From Candidatus Fermentibacteraceae bacterium (lineage in GTDB: Bacteria > Fermentibacterota > Fermentibacteria > Fermentibacterales > JCC-6): 64,000 nucleotides of DNA. A program made the translations under genes and the position numbers. Positions 38,577 through 47,884 of the stretch are shown here, in pieces (the first letter of the stretch is position 1; each line of letters opens with the position of its first letter). Location of the stretch: NCBI GenBank assembly GCA_041750285.1, contig JBGSZS010000018.1:96001-160000 (forward strand). The letters run 5' to 3'. Below the pieces are notes generated by a model, which saw only the letters and a program-made list of their open reading frames with translations, searched no databases and was not told the origin of the DNA.

Positions 38577-39560
38577 TCAGAACGCAACGCCAAGACTGGC
38601 CCTGTGGACCATTTCGAGGCGGTTGAAGTCCTGATAGGCGTAGTCGAGGGAGAGGGTGGCGCCGTTCATCGGGATCCGGAAACCGGCGCCCGCGGCAAGA
38701 CCCTCTTCATCGGTGTTCACCCTGTAGCCGCCCCGGAGGGCGAACATGTTGTTGAACCAGTACTCGGCGCCCAGGTTCACCTGCTCGAGGTTGTCGGGCG
38801 GGTGAACGCCGTCCACCTCGACTGTGATGTGGTGGTTGGAGGTCTGCAGCACGTCCATGGCCATGCCCAGCTTGAAGGTCATGGGCATGGAGTAGGAATC
38901 GTAGACCTGAAGGGAGTCGCCACCGCTGAAGTATGTCGTGAACTCGCCGTCGGGCGTGAGCTCGGGGCCGAAGTGCTGGATGGTCATGCCGATGCGAAGC
39001 GTCTTGAAGCCCGTGTCGTACAGGGTGCCAAGATCGACTGCAACCCCGCCGGCAGAGACGTCGTCCCAGGTTTCCCTCACGTACTTCACCGTGAGTCCGG
39101 CGCTGAACCGGTCGGTGAGCATGCGGGAGAAACTGAGGCCCGCGACCATGTCGGAGCAGGTGAAGGTTTCACCCGTGCCGTCAGGGTCCTCCACGGTGGT
39201 GACATCCATGTCGCCGCTTGAGAGGAGGCCGAACTGGAAACCGAAGGTTCCCACGCCGGGGCTCTCGTAGGTGACGATGCCGTTGCCGTAGAGAATGTCG
39301 GCGTAGAGCTGGGTCCCCGAGAACTGGGCCTGGGTGCCGGCGACCTTCACGAGGGCGCCCGGGTTCCAGTAGGCCGCGCTCGGGTCGTCGGCCGTGGCGA
39401 TGAAGGCACCGCCCATGCCAACACCCCTGGCGCCGACTCCTATCTGAAGGAACTGGGCGCCTACGGTGCCGACCTTGGCGAAGGATGAGGCTTCCGCATC
39501 GGCAGGGAGCAGCAGGAAGGCAACCACCGCCGCTGCCAGGATCGTTCCAGTGAGCTTCAT
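38577..39560 (-). CDS. PorV/PorQ-like (UPF0164) outer-membrane beta-barrel (start ATG 39560)
   Basis: GAQFLQIGVGARGVGMGGAF, A.YWNPGAL, GAEYW...FALRGGY, DYAY, HR.SL..F C-terminus. Confidence 0.85.
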   Translation of the reverse strand: MKLTGTILAAAVVAFLLLPADAEASSFAKVGTVGAQFLQIGVGARGVGMGGAFIATADDPSAAYWNPGALVKVAGTQAQFSGTQLYADILYGNGIVTYESPGVGTFGFQFGLLSSGDMDVTTVEDPDGTGETFTCSDMVAGLSFSRMLTDRFSAGLTVKYVRETWDDVSAGGVAVDLGTLYDTGFKTLRIGMTIQHFGPELTPDGEFTTYFSGGDSLQVYDSYSMPMTFKLGMAMDVLQTSNHHITVEVDGVHPPDNLEQVNLGAEYWFNNMFALRGGYRVNTDEEGLAAGAGFRIPMNGATLSLDYAYQDFNRLEMVHRASLGVAF

Positions 39561-39576
39561 GGTTATCCTCCTTTCC

Positions 39577-41790
39577 CTACTTGATGATGGCAAATTTGCC
39601 GATTGTGTAATCAGTCTCGTTTTCCACACGGTAAACGTAGAGGCCGGTCACCACGTCCTGTTCGTTCCTGGAAACGAGGTCCCAGTATTCGGTGCCGCAT
39701 TCCCCGCTGTAGTCCCGGTGTTCGAGGGTTATCACATGGTCTCCCGCCAGTGTGTAGATGTGGATGTTGCACATGGCCGGAAGGTTGATGAAGGCTATCT
39801 TGTTGAAGTAGGTGGCTTCCCAGGCGGCGCTTCCGCGGTAGGGGTTGGGAACCACTGCGACGTTCTCGGTCCAGTTGGTGTCGGAATCCCAGCTGGGCAC
39901 GACGGCAAGGGGCGTACCCTCGACCGTCTGCTTGTAGTTGGAGCGGGTGCTCTCGACCATGGTCTCCGCGTCGTAGGAGCACACGACGTAGAAGTAGGGG
40001 AAGCCGTTGGTCACCGAATTGTCGGTGAAGCTGTAGGTTCCGGCGCCCTCGACCGTGGCCACGAGTTCCCAGTTGCTGGGTTCGAAGGTTGACCTGTAGA
40101 CGTTGTACCCGCCGAAGGGGCTGTAGCTCTCCGCGTTGGCGCCCCACTCGAGGTGCACTGCCCCGTCCTGGGCCTCGTAGAAGAGGATGGGCGTGGGCGG
40201 AAGCTGGGGAACGCCCCATCCGCCGTCGCGGTAGTAGGCGTCGAGCATGTTGTCGGCGGCGGTGCGAAGACCCTCGAGACCGAGCCCCACGACCCAGCCG
40301 CCCACTACGTTCAGGCTGTCGCCGGATTCAAGGTTCACAGGACCCATCGAGGGAAGGAAGCGGTAGTCGAACACGGGGTATCCAAGTGCGATGGGGTTGT
40401 CGTAGACGAAGGGGAAGGGTCCCGGGTTCTGGGGCATTCTGGCGTTCCAGGTGTTGGGGTTGCCCACCCAGGGTTCGAGGTAGGCGGGGCCGCTGAACTG
40501 GCCGCTGTTGTCCGGGAAGACGCCCCACATGTACTGGTATCTTTCCTGATCCAGACCGGGGTCGCTCTCCCAGTTCCACCAGGCGTGGCTGAGGGGGATG
40601 GGAACGCCGTACACGTCGATCGGTCTCTCGATCGTGCCGTCGGCCTTCTTGATCCAGTAGTCCATCAGACGCCAGCCGATGAAGCCGACCACGGGGGGGC
40701 TGAGTTCCTGTTCGCCGGTGTCGTCAGCGGAGCTGCCGGGGCCGTCGCCGTCCCACATGACGCTCATGTTGCGGGGCACCACGGCGTATGTCGTGTCGCC
40801 CGCGTCGTGGAGCCAGTAGTTCTCGGGCATGCCCGAATCGAACCGGAAAAGGCCGTTCTCGGGGATGACTGTGAATATCTTGGTGGTGTCTTCGCCGGCC
40901 ATCTTGTAAAGGATGGTGAAGTGGTCGGACACGCCGTTGCCGTCAACGTCGTTGTCCATGATGCCGTCGGCGCCCATGTAGTTGTAGTGGTAGTAGATGT
41001 TGTTGGGGTCTTCGGGGTCGAGCGGGCTGTCTTCGTTCTGGCGGTAGGTGTAGATGTCCTGCGATGATGCGGTGGTGCCATCCTGGAAGACGTACTCGAA
41101 GGTGGCGTCGGGATCGTTGCACCAGATCGCATGGCCGTCGTAGTACACGAGGTCGTCGATGGCCGCCTCGACGGGGTCGGCGGTGGCCACGTCGCAGTCT
41201 CCCCTGATGGCCACGAGAAGGCCGTCGAGCGAGGAGAGACCGGTCTCGTTGTACTCGGAGTTGAACGTGAGGATGAAGTGGTTGGCTATGAAATCGTTGT
41301 AGCCCGGGGTTCCCCATCCGTAGTTGTACTCGTAGATGCCCATGCCGTAGGGTGTTTCACCGTTGGCGCTGGACCAGTCGTCGTAACCGTACTGTGACTG
41401 CTCGAGGGCGGTGGGGCCGGGAACCAGCTTGATCGTGGGAAAGCCGTCGGTTGGACGAAGCTCCCAGTCTCCGTAGTCGGAGCAGCTGGCATGCGGGATC
41501 CCGGGTTCACTCACGCAGGTCCAGAAGTCGCCGCCCCAGAGGTAGCTGCTTCCCTGACCGCCCGGCCATTCCATGCTGGGGTAGTTCAACCAGGGGTCGC
41601 CGAACATGCCGTAGTTGAGGAAGGCCGACCAAACATTCGAGAGATTGTGAAGTGTCCACACCGCTGGCGGACGTGCATCGGTTTCTGCGTCCGGTCGTTC
41701 GATCTCGCGGATCTCCGCGGCAAAACCGGGGACGGCGAACGCCAGCAGCAGGAACAGAATCATGAACCTGCTGAACCTTGTGTTCCTCAT
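39577..41790 (-). CDS. Large secreted acidic protein with FN3-like domain and T9SS-like C-terminal domain
   Basis: Signal peptide; EWPGG.GSSYLWGG; GYNVYRS...FTD..VTNG..YFY.V; C-terminus VVPNPY...FINLP..CNIHIYTLAG...WDL...GLYVY...GKFAIIK. Confidence 0.75.
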   Translation of the reverse strand: MRNTRFSRFMILFLLLAFAVPGFAAEIREIERPDAETDARPPAVWTLHNLSNVWSAFLNYGMFGDPWLNYPSMEWPGGQGSSYLWGGDFWTCVSEPGIPHASCSDYGDWELRPTDGFPTIKLVPGPTALEQSQYGYDDWSSANGETPYGMGIYEYNYGWGTPGYNDFIANHFILTFNSEYNETGLSSLDGLLVAIRGDCDVATADPVEAAIDDLVYYDGHAIWCNDPDATFEYVFQDGTTASSQDIYTYRQNEDSPLDPEDPNNIYYHYNYMGADGIMDNDVDGNGVSDHFTILYKMAGEDTTKIFTVIPENGLFRFDSGMPENYWLHDAGDTTYAVVPRNMSVMWDGDGPGSSADDTGEQELSPPVVGFIGWRLMDYWIKKADGTIERPIDVYGVPIPLSHAWWNWESDPGLDQERYQYMWGVFPDNSGQFSGPAYLEPWVGNPNTWNARMPQNPGPFPFVYDNPIALGYPVFDYRFLPSMGPVNLESGDSLNVVGGWVVGLGLEGLRTAADNMLDAYYRDGGWGVPQLPPTPILFYEAQDGAVHLEWGANAESYSPFGGYNVYRSTFEPSNWELVATVEGAGTYSFTDNSVTNGFPYFYVVCSYDAETMVESTRSNYKQTVEGTPLAVVPSWDSDTNWTENVAVVPNPYRGSAAWEATYFNKIAFINLPAMCNIHIYTLAGDHVITLEHRDYSGECGTEYWDLVSRNEQDVVTGLYVYRVENETDYTIGKFAIIK

Positions 41791-41881
41791 ACCCTCAGTC
41801 ACCTCCTGTTCCTGTCCTGACCGGAGTGCCCACCGGTCATCCGTTTGCTGTGAATATTTCCACTCATGCCTTTTTCGCCTC

Positions 41882-42544
41882 TCAGTTCGTGAGCACGAAG
41901 CGGTAGGTCAGAGAAGTCCAGACTCCCACCGGAACGCTGTTGTTCCGGGCAGGGGTCCACCTTGTGTTGCGCGCGGCGCTGATGGCGGCCTGGTCAAGGC
42001 TGCCGACGCCGCTGGAGTTGTAGAGCTGGACATCCGCAACCGTGCCGTCAGCCCTGATGTAAAGCCAGAGTGTCACGTTTCCCTCTACGCCGGCCTGTCT
42101 TGCCATGTCGGGGTAGGCGGGCATGGGCTGGTAGGTGCACACCGGGAAAACCTCGACCGGCATGAACCTGGGGGGGCCCATCTCGTCACCCTGCTGCGTG
42201 AGCTCTTCCGTCTGCTGGAAGGTCGAGACCTCGCTGAGACCCTCGGTGTCTTCGCTGAGGGACAGGGTGACCTCGATCTCCTGAATGACCTCGAGTGCTT
42301 CCTCCTCGAGCGCTTCGCTCTCCTCCTGCACTTCCTCTTCCTGCTCCTCGACCTCGTCATCGAAGGCGAGGTCGGCCTCGACGGCTTCCATCTCGCTGTC
42401 GGAGGTGCGCGTGGAGAGGCGCCCAAGTTCACTCGAGGGAATGAGCTCGAACATGACGATCAGAGCCATGAGGCCGAAGGCAAGGCCCCATTCGATGCCC
42501 AGGGAGGACTTTTCACGAAGCTGCGTGTTGGCTTGTGTCAGCAT
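41882..42544 (-). CDS. tonB: Energy transducer TonB (start ATG 42544)
   Basis: N-terminal TM helix, Glu-rich linker, YPDMARQAGVEGNV, LDQAA, WTPA. Confidence 0.85.
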   Translation of the reverse strand: MLTQANTQLREKSSLGIEWGLAFGLMALIVMFELIPSSELGRLSTRTSDSEMEAVEADLAFDDEVEEQEEEVQEESEALEEEALEVIQEIEVTLSLSEDTEGLSEVSTFQQTEELTQQGDEMGPPRFMPVEVFPVCTYQPMPAYPDMARQAGVEGNVTLWLYIRADGTVADVQLYNSSGVGSLDQAAISAARNTRWTPARNNSVPVGVWTSLTYRFVLTN

Positions 42545-42554
42545 TCCCCTCCCC

Positions 42555-43019
42555 TCACAGCCCGAGGCCCAGCTCTTCAGCATTGAACTGAATGCTGTAG
42601 AGCTCCTCGAACCGAAGTGCGTTGAAAAGACCGATGATGTCGCTCATGGGAACTCTGGCATCGGCGTTGAGCACTATGACGTCGAGTCTTTTGTTCTGCT
42701 CGCGCCAGAACTTGTCGCTGAGCCTCTTCAACTGCTCGGCAACCTGGTTCAGCGGAAGGTCGTAATCGCCTATGCGGGCTACGACCGGGCTTCCAGCTTC
42801 GCCGGGGGTCACCTGTTTGAGCCAGACCGCCACCATGAGGTTCTGCTTCCCGAGCTCGCTCATGACCTCGGGGTGGGCCTGGGGGAAGCGGATGCGAAGG
42901 CCCCCCTCATCCTTGAAAATGGTGGTGGCCATGAAGAACACCAGCAGAAGGAAGACGATGTCGGCCATGGTGCCGGTGAAAATCGTGCCGGATACCCTGA
43001 TCCGCCTTTTGACCTTCAT
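42555..43019 (-). CDS. exbD: Biopolymer transporter ExbD
   Basis: MADIVFLLLVFFM TM with conserved Asp; LNAD. Confidence 0.85.
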   Translation of the reverse strand: MKVKRRIRVSGTIFTGTMADIVFLLLVFFMATTIFKDEGGLRIRFPQAHPEVMSELGKQNLMVAVWLKQVTPGEAGSPVVARIGDYDLPLNQVAEQLKRLSDKFWREQNKRLDVIVLNADARVPMSDIIGLFNALRFEELYSIQFNAEELGLGL

Positions 43020-43765
43020 TATGCACCACCCCCCAGTCTTTCCTGTGTCGTGATGCCGGTGCGGCTGACGCCGTTGCGCCTGAGGGTGTCGAGCGCTCTG
43101 ATCATGCCGTTGTAGTCACAGTCAGGAAAGAACTTGAGTATGACGACGAGTTCGCTCTCCCGTACCACCGAGGCGATGTCGCCCTGCCTGGCATCGGCAA
43201 GGACGAGAGTGTCGCCGAAGGCGACCTCGCCGAACAGGGGGTCGGAAGAGACGGGTACAGAGGCGCCAAGGGTCCGGCGGATTACCCCCTCCCGGAGCAC
43301 GGGAGTGAGGTTTTCCGCGGAGACGGCCGAGGTGAGGCTTGCGTAGGTGCCTGCGGCAACTCCCTTGGCCACTTCGAGATTCACAAGAAGGCGCCTGCTG
43401 GTGGCTGACATGGCTTCCACCCTGTCAGCGGCCAGTGTCATGATCCCGTCCTGCAAACCGGGATCGTCCAGACTTACATCCTCGCCGGCCCTGGCCCTCT
43501 GGAGGGGACCTTCGGGGGGGGCCTGGTCGATAAGTGCCACATACTCGTCCTGACCCCACTGCTTGATGGTCATCACGAGCCTGTTGTTCTCGTCGATCAC
43601 CACTTCTTCGGTCTGCTCATCGGGTTTTTTGGGCAGCTTGTAGCTGATGCCCCTCTGAACCTCGAAGGTGGTCGTGACAAGGAAGAAGATCAGCAGCAGG
43701 AACGCAATATCGGACATGGAGGCATCTGGGATGGCTCCTGTTGCCCGGGGTCTTTCCTTGCGCAT
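43019..43765 (-). CDS. exbD: Biopolymer transporter ExbD with large periplasmic insertion
   Basis: MSDIAFLLLIFFLVTT; 248 aa; C-terminal VVILK....YNGMIRALDTL. Confidence 0.8.
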   Translation of the reverse strand: MRKERPRATGAIPDASMSDIAFLLLIFFLVTTTFEVQRGISYKLPKKPDEQTEEVVIDENNRLVMTIKQWGQDEYVALIDQAPPEGPLQRARAGEDVSLDDPGLQDGIMTLAADRVEAMSATSRRLLVNLEVAKGVAAGTYASLTSAVSAENLTPVLREGVIRRTLGASVPVSSDPLFGEVAFGDTLVLADARQGDIASVVRESELVVILKFFPDCDYNGMIRALDTLRRNGVSRTGITTQERLGGGA

Positions 43766-43779
43766 GCGTTCTCCTTAAC

Positions 43780-44610
43780 CTACAGCTGCTTGAGATGCTC
43801 CATATCGGCCAGCTGGTCGACAAGGAACATGCTGGCTTCTTCCATGTCCGTTACGAAACCGCCGATCCTGGCGATGAAGTAGTTGTTGGCCATCTGGATG
43901 GGGATGGCAATGATAAGCCCGGCCGCGGTGGTGATGAGGGCTTCCTGGATACCACCGGCTACAAGGCTCGCCTCAACGTTCTTCGCCGCCGCGATCTCAG
44001 CGAAGGCCCTGATCATGCCCGACACGGTTCCGAGGAACCCGAGCATGGGGGCGATGCTGGAGACGGATGCAAGCACCACAAGGCCCTTTTCGAGGTAGGC
44101 CATCTCGATGCTGCCGGAGCTTTCGATGGCTTTCTCGACATCTTCCAGGCCCTTGTCCCGACGGAGCAGACCGGCCCTGAGAATTGCGGCTACGGGGCCG
44201 CGGGTTCTGTCGCAGAGGTTTTCGGCGCCCTGGAGGTCACCCTTGCGGATGTAACCGCCGAGCTGCTCAAGCAGTTTTGCCACGTTCTGACGGGCCTTGC
44301 CGTAGGTGACGAACCTCTCGATGGTCACCGCTATGCCGAGAAGAAGGGACAGAAGAAGTGGCCACATGAAGGCTCCGCCGGCGATGAAGAGGTCTTTGAG
44401 GTCCATGCTGGCGCTCTGCTGCCTGGGCACTTCTTCCTCGGCGGGAGCGGCGTCGGTGGTTTCGGCGGGAGGTTCAGCTACGGGAGCTTCCTCTTCGACG
44501 ACCTCTGCCTCCTCGGTGGTTTCCTCGACTGGTTCGGGCTCTCCCTGCGTCGCCTGCGCGAAAGCCAGGGGCGCCAGAAGCAGCAGGAGAACCATCAGGA
44601 TATTTCGCAT
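43780..44610 (-). CDS. exbB: MotA/TolQ/ExbB proton channel (start ATG 44610)
   Basis: GG.FMWPL, APMLGFLGTVSGMI.AF, GGIQEALITTAAGL.IAIP. Confidence 0.9.
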   Translation of the reverse strand: MRNILMVLLLLLAPLAFAQATQGEPEPVEETTEEAEVVEEEAPVAEPPAETTDAAPAEEEVPRQQSASMDLKDLFIAGGAFMWPLLLSLLLGIAVTIERFVTYGKARQNVAKLLEQLGGYIRKGDLQGAENLCDRTRGPVAAILRAGLLRRDKGLEDVEKAIESSGSIEMAYLEKGLVVLASVSSIAPMLGFLGTVSGMIRAFAEIAAAKNVEASLVAGGIQEALITTAAGLIIAIPIQMANNYFIARIGGFVTDMEEASMFLVDQLADMEHLKQL

Positions 44611-44664
44611 ATGCAGTCTCTCCCGGGTTGTGGACGGGCCCTTCCGGGCCCGTCCCATGGTGTT

Positions 44665-47433
44665 TTACCACTCGAACTCAAGGCCGAAGCGGAGCTGGCG
44701 CCTTGCGTCGTAGGCATCAGGGGTTCCGTAGGAGCCCCTGGGGTCGTGATCGGGGAAGCCGTCGCCGTCCTGGTCGGCATCGTACCAGGCTTCATCGATG
44801 ATCCGGGCCACGTTGGTCCTGTCGAACAGGTTCTTCACCCACACGCTGAGGTCGACGGACGTGGCGCCGATCCACCAGGTCTTGTTCACCTTGAGGTCGG
44901 TCGTTTCGGTCCAGGGCATGCGGCGGCCGTTGATCTCGGGGTCGGCCGTTCCCTGGGCACTTGCGGTGTAGGGGTATCCGCTGCCGTAACCGAACTGGAT
45001 GGTGGCGCCGAAGCCCTCGAGCCAGTGGTTGGCTCCCCACAGCGGGCCCTCGCCCCTGGGGATGCGGAAGTCGAAGCTGGCGTTGACACTGTGGCGCTGG
45101 TCCCAGTTCAGCGGGCTCTCGCGGCGGGGGATGACCCAGCCCGCCCAGTTGTAGGTGTAGTTCTGCGTGGCGCTGGAGCTCTTGCCCCTGGCGATGGAGT
45201 AGGTGTAGTTGGCGTTGAAGCTGATGAAGTTGGAGGGCCTTCTCTGAAGTGAGAACTCGGCGCCCCTGACGCTTCCGTAGTCGGCGTTGATGAACAGGTC
45301 GTAGGCGTCGACCGCGCTGAAGAAGTTCTTCTGCATGTCGGTGAGGCCGGTGATGTCCTTGTAGAAGCCGGTGACATCCAGAAGGGTGATGTCGTCGAAC
45401 TGGTGCTTGACGCCCATCTCGTAGGCGATGGTCTCTTCAGGGGCGAGGTCGGGGTTGCCAATGATGGGGAAGGCCCCGGTGAGGTCGAAGTTGGAACCAT
45501 CGTAGAGGTTGGCGAGCTGGGGAACCTGGAAGTAGTGGCCGTAGGTGAAGTGGAGAACGTCGCGCTCGGTTATGGGGTGGCTGAAGCCGACCCTGGGGCT
45601 GAGGTGGTACTTCGCGCTGACGCTGACCGGGTTGCGGATGTAGTCGGGGTCGCCCGGTTCGGCATCGGGGTTCACGGGGTCGGTGAGGTCGGCCGGGTAG
45701 TCGTCGAAGTTGGGATCGAAGTAGTCGAAGCGCACGCCGGCGTTCACGATCATGCCCCTGAACTCCATCTTGTCCTGCGCGTAGGCCGCGAACTGGTGCG
45801 GGAAGTGATGGTAGTAGGAGCTGTAGATGTTTCCGCCGCTTGCGGTGTCGATGTCGTAGTTGAAGACGTCGTAGTAGTTGCCCTCGATGCCGAACTTCAG
45901 CTGGTGCTGCTGGTTGACCTGGCTTGTGAGGTCAACCCTGGCCGTGCTTGTGGTGCTGTAGCTGTCCGTCCAGGCGAACCTGGAGGCGCCGGAGCGGTAG
46001 TAGCCGTTCGAATCCTGCACCCTGGTGGGGGTGTAGGCCAGCCAGTCCTCGAGTGTCCAGTCCTCGCCGAGCCATCCGCCTTCCGGGTCGCGGATCTTGT
46101 AGGCGAACTCGTACTTGTACTGGTTGACCTTGAACTCGAGGAAGCTTGCGTCACTGAGGGTCTGGGTGAGGTTGAGGCCGTAGCTGAGGTTGGTCCAGAA
46201 CCTCGTGGGAAGTGCGTAGGCCACGGACTGCCCCATGATCGTGTCGCCGCTGCTGGGATCGATGTAGTCCTGCTCGAAAAGGTTGTAGGACCACCCGTAC
46301 TGGGGGTTGGTACTGTAGAACCCTGCTTCCTGCTCGCGGAACGTGGTCGTGAGGTTGATCTTGGTGCGTGGCGTCGGGCGGATCGTCAGTTTGCCGTTGC
46401 CCGACCAAGTGTCCTGCCAGTTCCAGTTCCTGCTTCCGTAGTTGCCGTCTTCGCCCCCGCCGGTCTGGAGCCACTCAACGCTTCCGAAGAGGCGGATGTC
46501 GCCGCCCACGTTGAGGCCCATGGCGGGAAGGAGGAGCTGGGTTATGGGCTCGGGGCCGCCGATGGAGGCTTCGGCGTTGAGCCTGGCCTCGGAGAACATG
46601 GCGGGTTTGTTGCCGGCAAATTCCTGGACTCCCTCGAAGTCGTCGCCGGCCCACCATTCGCCCGGGTGGCCCCAGGTCCAGTCGGAAGCGAGGCCGAGTG
46701 ACTGGAAGTCGTTGCCGTTCATGGAAAGCGAGCCCGAGTAGCTGCGGCCGCCCTCACGGGTGACCACGTTGATGATGCCGGACTGCGCGTTGCCGTACTC
46801 GGCGCCGAAGCCGCCCGTCATGACGGCTGTTTCGGCCACGGCGGAAAGGGGGATGCTTGCGTCGTAGACGTTCGTCTGGGGATCCATCTGAGCGACGCCG
46901 TCAACGATGTAGGCCACTTCGCCGGACCGGCCGCCACGAACGCGGAGGGTTCCGCCCTGGTTGCTGGTGCCTGCCTGCTGGCCCACGATGTCGGCCACGC
47001 CCGCGACGGGCATGGTCTTGATCTCGTCACGGCTCACAACTGAAACGCTGGCGGACTGGCTCATCGTGATCATGCCGCGCTGATCGGTAACGGTGACGAC
47101 CGTGCTTCCCACGGTCACCGGGTTGAGTGTGAGGTCAACCCTGGTGGTCATGTCCACCAGTACCGAAACGCCCTGCATGGTCTGATCGCCCATGCCCACC
47201 ATTCGCCCGATCACGTCGTACGTGCCGGGCTGGAGGTTGATGATGAAGTACTCGCCGTTCTGGTCGGTCATGGCGCCGTAGCTGGTTCCGACGATCATGA
47301 CCGTGGCCCCGATAAGGGGGGTTCCGGAGGCGTCGGTGACACGGCCGGCTATCTTGCCGGTCGTGGCGGCCATTGCGGAAACGGCCATCAACAGCACCAA
47401 CGCGAAGGAAATCGTACTCGCTCTTCTGGGCAC
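44665..47433 (-). CDS. TonB-dependent outer-membrane receptor with N-terminal carboxypeptidase-regulatory-like domain (probable GTG start 47433)
   Basis: AAAGGAG RBS; TTGKIAGRVTD; plug VRGGR..EV.Y.VDG, GGF.AEYGNAQSGIIN; SPRVG, GNPDL.PE; C-terminal GLEFEW. Confidence 0.92.
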   Translation of the reverse strand: MPRRASTISFALVLLMAVSAMAATTGKIAGRVTDASGTPLIGATVMIVGTSYGAMTDQNGEYFIINLQPGTYDVIGRMVGMGDQTMQGVSVLVDMTTRVDLTLNPVTVGSTVVTVTDQRGMITMSQSASVSVVSRDEIKTMPVAGVADIVGQQAGTSNQGGTLRVRGGRSGEVAYIVDGVAQMDPQTNVYDASIPLSAVAETAVMTGGFGAEYGNAQSGIINVVTREGGRSYSGSLSMNGNDFQSLGLASDWTWGHPGEWWAGDDFEGVQEFAGNKPAMFSEARLNAEASIGGPEPITQLLLPAMGLNVGGDIRLFGSVEWLQTGGGEDGNYGSRNWNWQDTWSGNGKLTIRPTPRTKINLTTTFREQEAGFYSTNPQYGWSYNLFEQDYIDPSSGDTIMGQSVAYALPTRFWTNLSYGLNLTQTLSDASFLEFKVNQYKYEFAYKIRDPEGGWLGEDWTLEDWLAYTPTRVQDSNGYYRSGASRFAWTDSYSTTSTARVDLTSQVNQQHQLKFGIEGNYYDVFNYDIDTASGGNIYSSYYHHFPHQFAAYAQDKMEFRGMIVNAGVRFDYFDPNFDDYPADLTDPVNPDAEPGDPDYIRNPVSVSAKYHLSPRVGFSHPITERDVLHFTYGHYFQVPQLANLYDGSNFDLTGAFPIIGNPDLAPEETIAYEMGVKHQFDDITLLDVTGFYKDITGLTDMQKNFFSAVDAYDLFINADYGSVRGAEFSLQRRPSNFISFNANYTYSIARGKSSSATQNYTYNWAGWVIPRRESPLNWDQRHSVNASFDFRIPRGEGPLWGANHWLEGFGATIQFGYGSGYPYTASAQGTADPEINGRRMPWTETTDLKVNKTWWIGATSVDLSVWVKNLFDRTNVARIIDEAWYDADQDGDGFPDHDPRGSYGTPDAYDARRQLRFGLEFEW

Positions 47434-47624
47434 CGTTGCAGCTCCTTTCAAATTAAAGGTTACCAAAACCCCTCGCCCGTTCCGAAGGTACTGAAACCAC
47501 TCCTTCCTTCCTTCGGAAAGGGCAATTACACCAACTTCACCGGGTTTCACCCGCTTCTCTATTTCAATGCCGTGCAAACCAATATGGCTGCACCTCCAAA
47601 AACGCGTGCCGCCCCTCGGAAACG

Positions 47625-47653
47625 AGAATACGAAGGGGTGAAAAGCGTGTCAA
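47625..47653 (-). promoter_or_regulatory. sigma70 promoter of the TonB-receptor operon
   Basis: Minus strand TTGACA (47653-47648), 17 nt spacer, TATTCT (47630-47625). Confidence 0.7.
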
Positions 47654-47884
47654 GCCGTGCTCTGGAACCCCTGACAGCCCCGCGGGTAAAAGTGGTTCAC
47701 GATCCGGAATGCCATCCCGGTCTCCCGGGATGTCCGGTTCCGCTAAAAACCCCATGATCCGTGCCACCCGGCCGGAGAGCTTGACCCGGGGGCACCGCGG
47801 GGCAAGTTTTGCCACTGTGTGATATATCTCGGCATCATGGGGGAGAGACTCCCGTTTCACTCCACAGAGGACCAGGGGTTTTGC

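Noticed and set aside
33295..46701. Long plus-strand ORFs (33295-35184, 38244-39221, 40153-41067, 43741-45252, 45403-46701)
   Set aside because: They are antisense mirrors of strongly codon-biased GC-rich genes, V/G/E-rich and without motifs.
47434..47620. Cobalamin or TPP riboswitch upstream of the TonB receptor
   Set aside because: The conserved cores are not recognisable; kept only as an unknown structured leader.
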